Part shown: positions 63,453 through 64,000 of the stretch, piece after piece
Position numbering within the stretch: position 1 is the stretch's first letter
Layout of the letters: each line of letters starts with the position of its first letter
Assembly (NCBI RefSeq): GCF_025526975.1
Contig: NW_026515674.1
Location: forward strand, 558,001 to 622,000
DNA length: 64,000 nt
From: Fimicolochytrium jonesii
Lineage: Eukaryota
Reading direction: 5' to 3'
Notes under the pieces: generated by a model
Database searches by the model: none
Told to the model about the DNA's origin: nothing
The model's input: the letters and a program-made list of their open reading frames with translations, nothing else
Made by a program: the position numbers and the translations under genes

Positions 63453-64000
63453 ATGAGCTATGCGGCTGCATCGCTACGAACAGGGTGCCGTATGGCATAC
63501 CTCCCCACCCTCCTTCGCCCCCACGTCCGCTCCGCAACCTCCTCCTCCCGCCCATCAAAACCCTTTCCCCGCCCGGGAGCAAGACCACCACCCGCAAGAG
63601 TCGTCCACAAATCCCAAAAGTCGTCTCAACCGCCCGCCGACAACCTCGGCAACTCATTTTTTGGCAACGCCGGACCGACCCTCGTTGACGGGAAACTATT
63701 GATATATACCGGCGCGTTGACGGATTACCTGAATACAGTCCGGAAAGCCACGATGGCGCTGCCGGCGTTGGGGTTGATTGTCACGCCGGTGTTGATGAAT
63801 GCTAGCCTGGCGGTTCAGAATGGGATTGCGGTGGAGACTTTTGCGCCGCTTGGTGAGTCTGTTTCTCCATTGTCAAAACCGTGTATCTGTGCTTGTATTC
63901 ATCACCCTTTTTTTTCCATCAGTGGGCGGGATCCTAGCCATCCCGTTCCTGGCCTCAACCTACGTCTCCCGCAACTACGTAACCCACCTCTACCAATCCC
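63453..64000 (+). CDS. TMEM70/TMEM186/TMEM223-family mitochondrial membrane protein (5' part)
   Basis: Basic presequence-like N-terminus, then KLLIYTG, two hydrophobic segments and SRNYVTHLY. One GTGAGT...CAG intron. Runs off the window. Confidence 0.6.
   Translation, partial: MSYAAASLRTGCRMAYLPTLLRPHVRSATSSSRPSKPFPRPGARPPPARVVHKSQKSSQPPADNLGNSFFGNAGPTLVDGKLLIYTGALTDYLNTVRKATMALPALGLIVTPVLMNASLAVQNGIAVETFAPLGESVSPLSKPCICACIHHPFFSISGRDPSHPVPGLNLRLPQLRNPPLPI

Noticed and set aside
1..64000. CRISPR arrays, rRNA or tRNA genes
   Set aside because: No regularly spaced repeats or recognisable structural RNA genes were seen by eye. A tRNAscan or Rfam run would be needed to exclude small RNAs.

Overview
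Gene-dense, intron-rich eukaryotic DNA with short GT-AG introns. It is almost certainly from a zoosporic (flagellated) fungus such as a chytrid: fungal-type housekeeping genes sit beside axonemal and centriolar genes (STPG2-like, EFCAB2/DRC8-like, CEP295-like). About 23 host genes are recognisable, including TRM5, dephospho-CoA kinase, YIF1, SUGP1, UTP14, GH26, PanK-DUF89 fusion, TBCD, NIC96, UPF3, COA4, Hikeshi, PRP38, VPS34, BRWD, lipoate ligase and DID2. The standout is 3746-6226(+). Three ORF-track fragments there are one intronless reading frame of about 826 codons, broken only by two in-frame TGA codons. It encodes a Fanzor (eukaryotic TnpB-derived RNA-guided nuclease) with Fanzor2/IS607-TnpB-type motifs and an N-terminal extension of about 290 aa. 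A structured 3' non-coding region (candidate omegaRNA) follows it, candidate element ends flank it, and no transposase lies next to it. Exon boundaries were inferred by eye and product calls rest on remembered motifs, not database searches.
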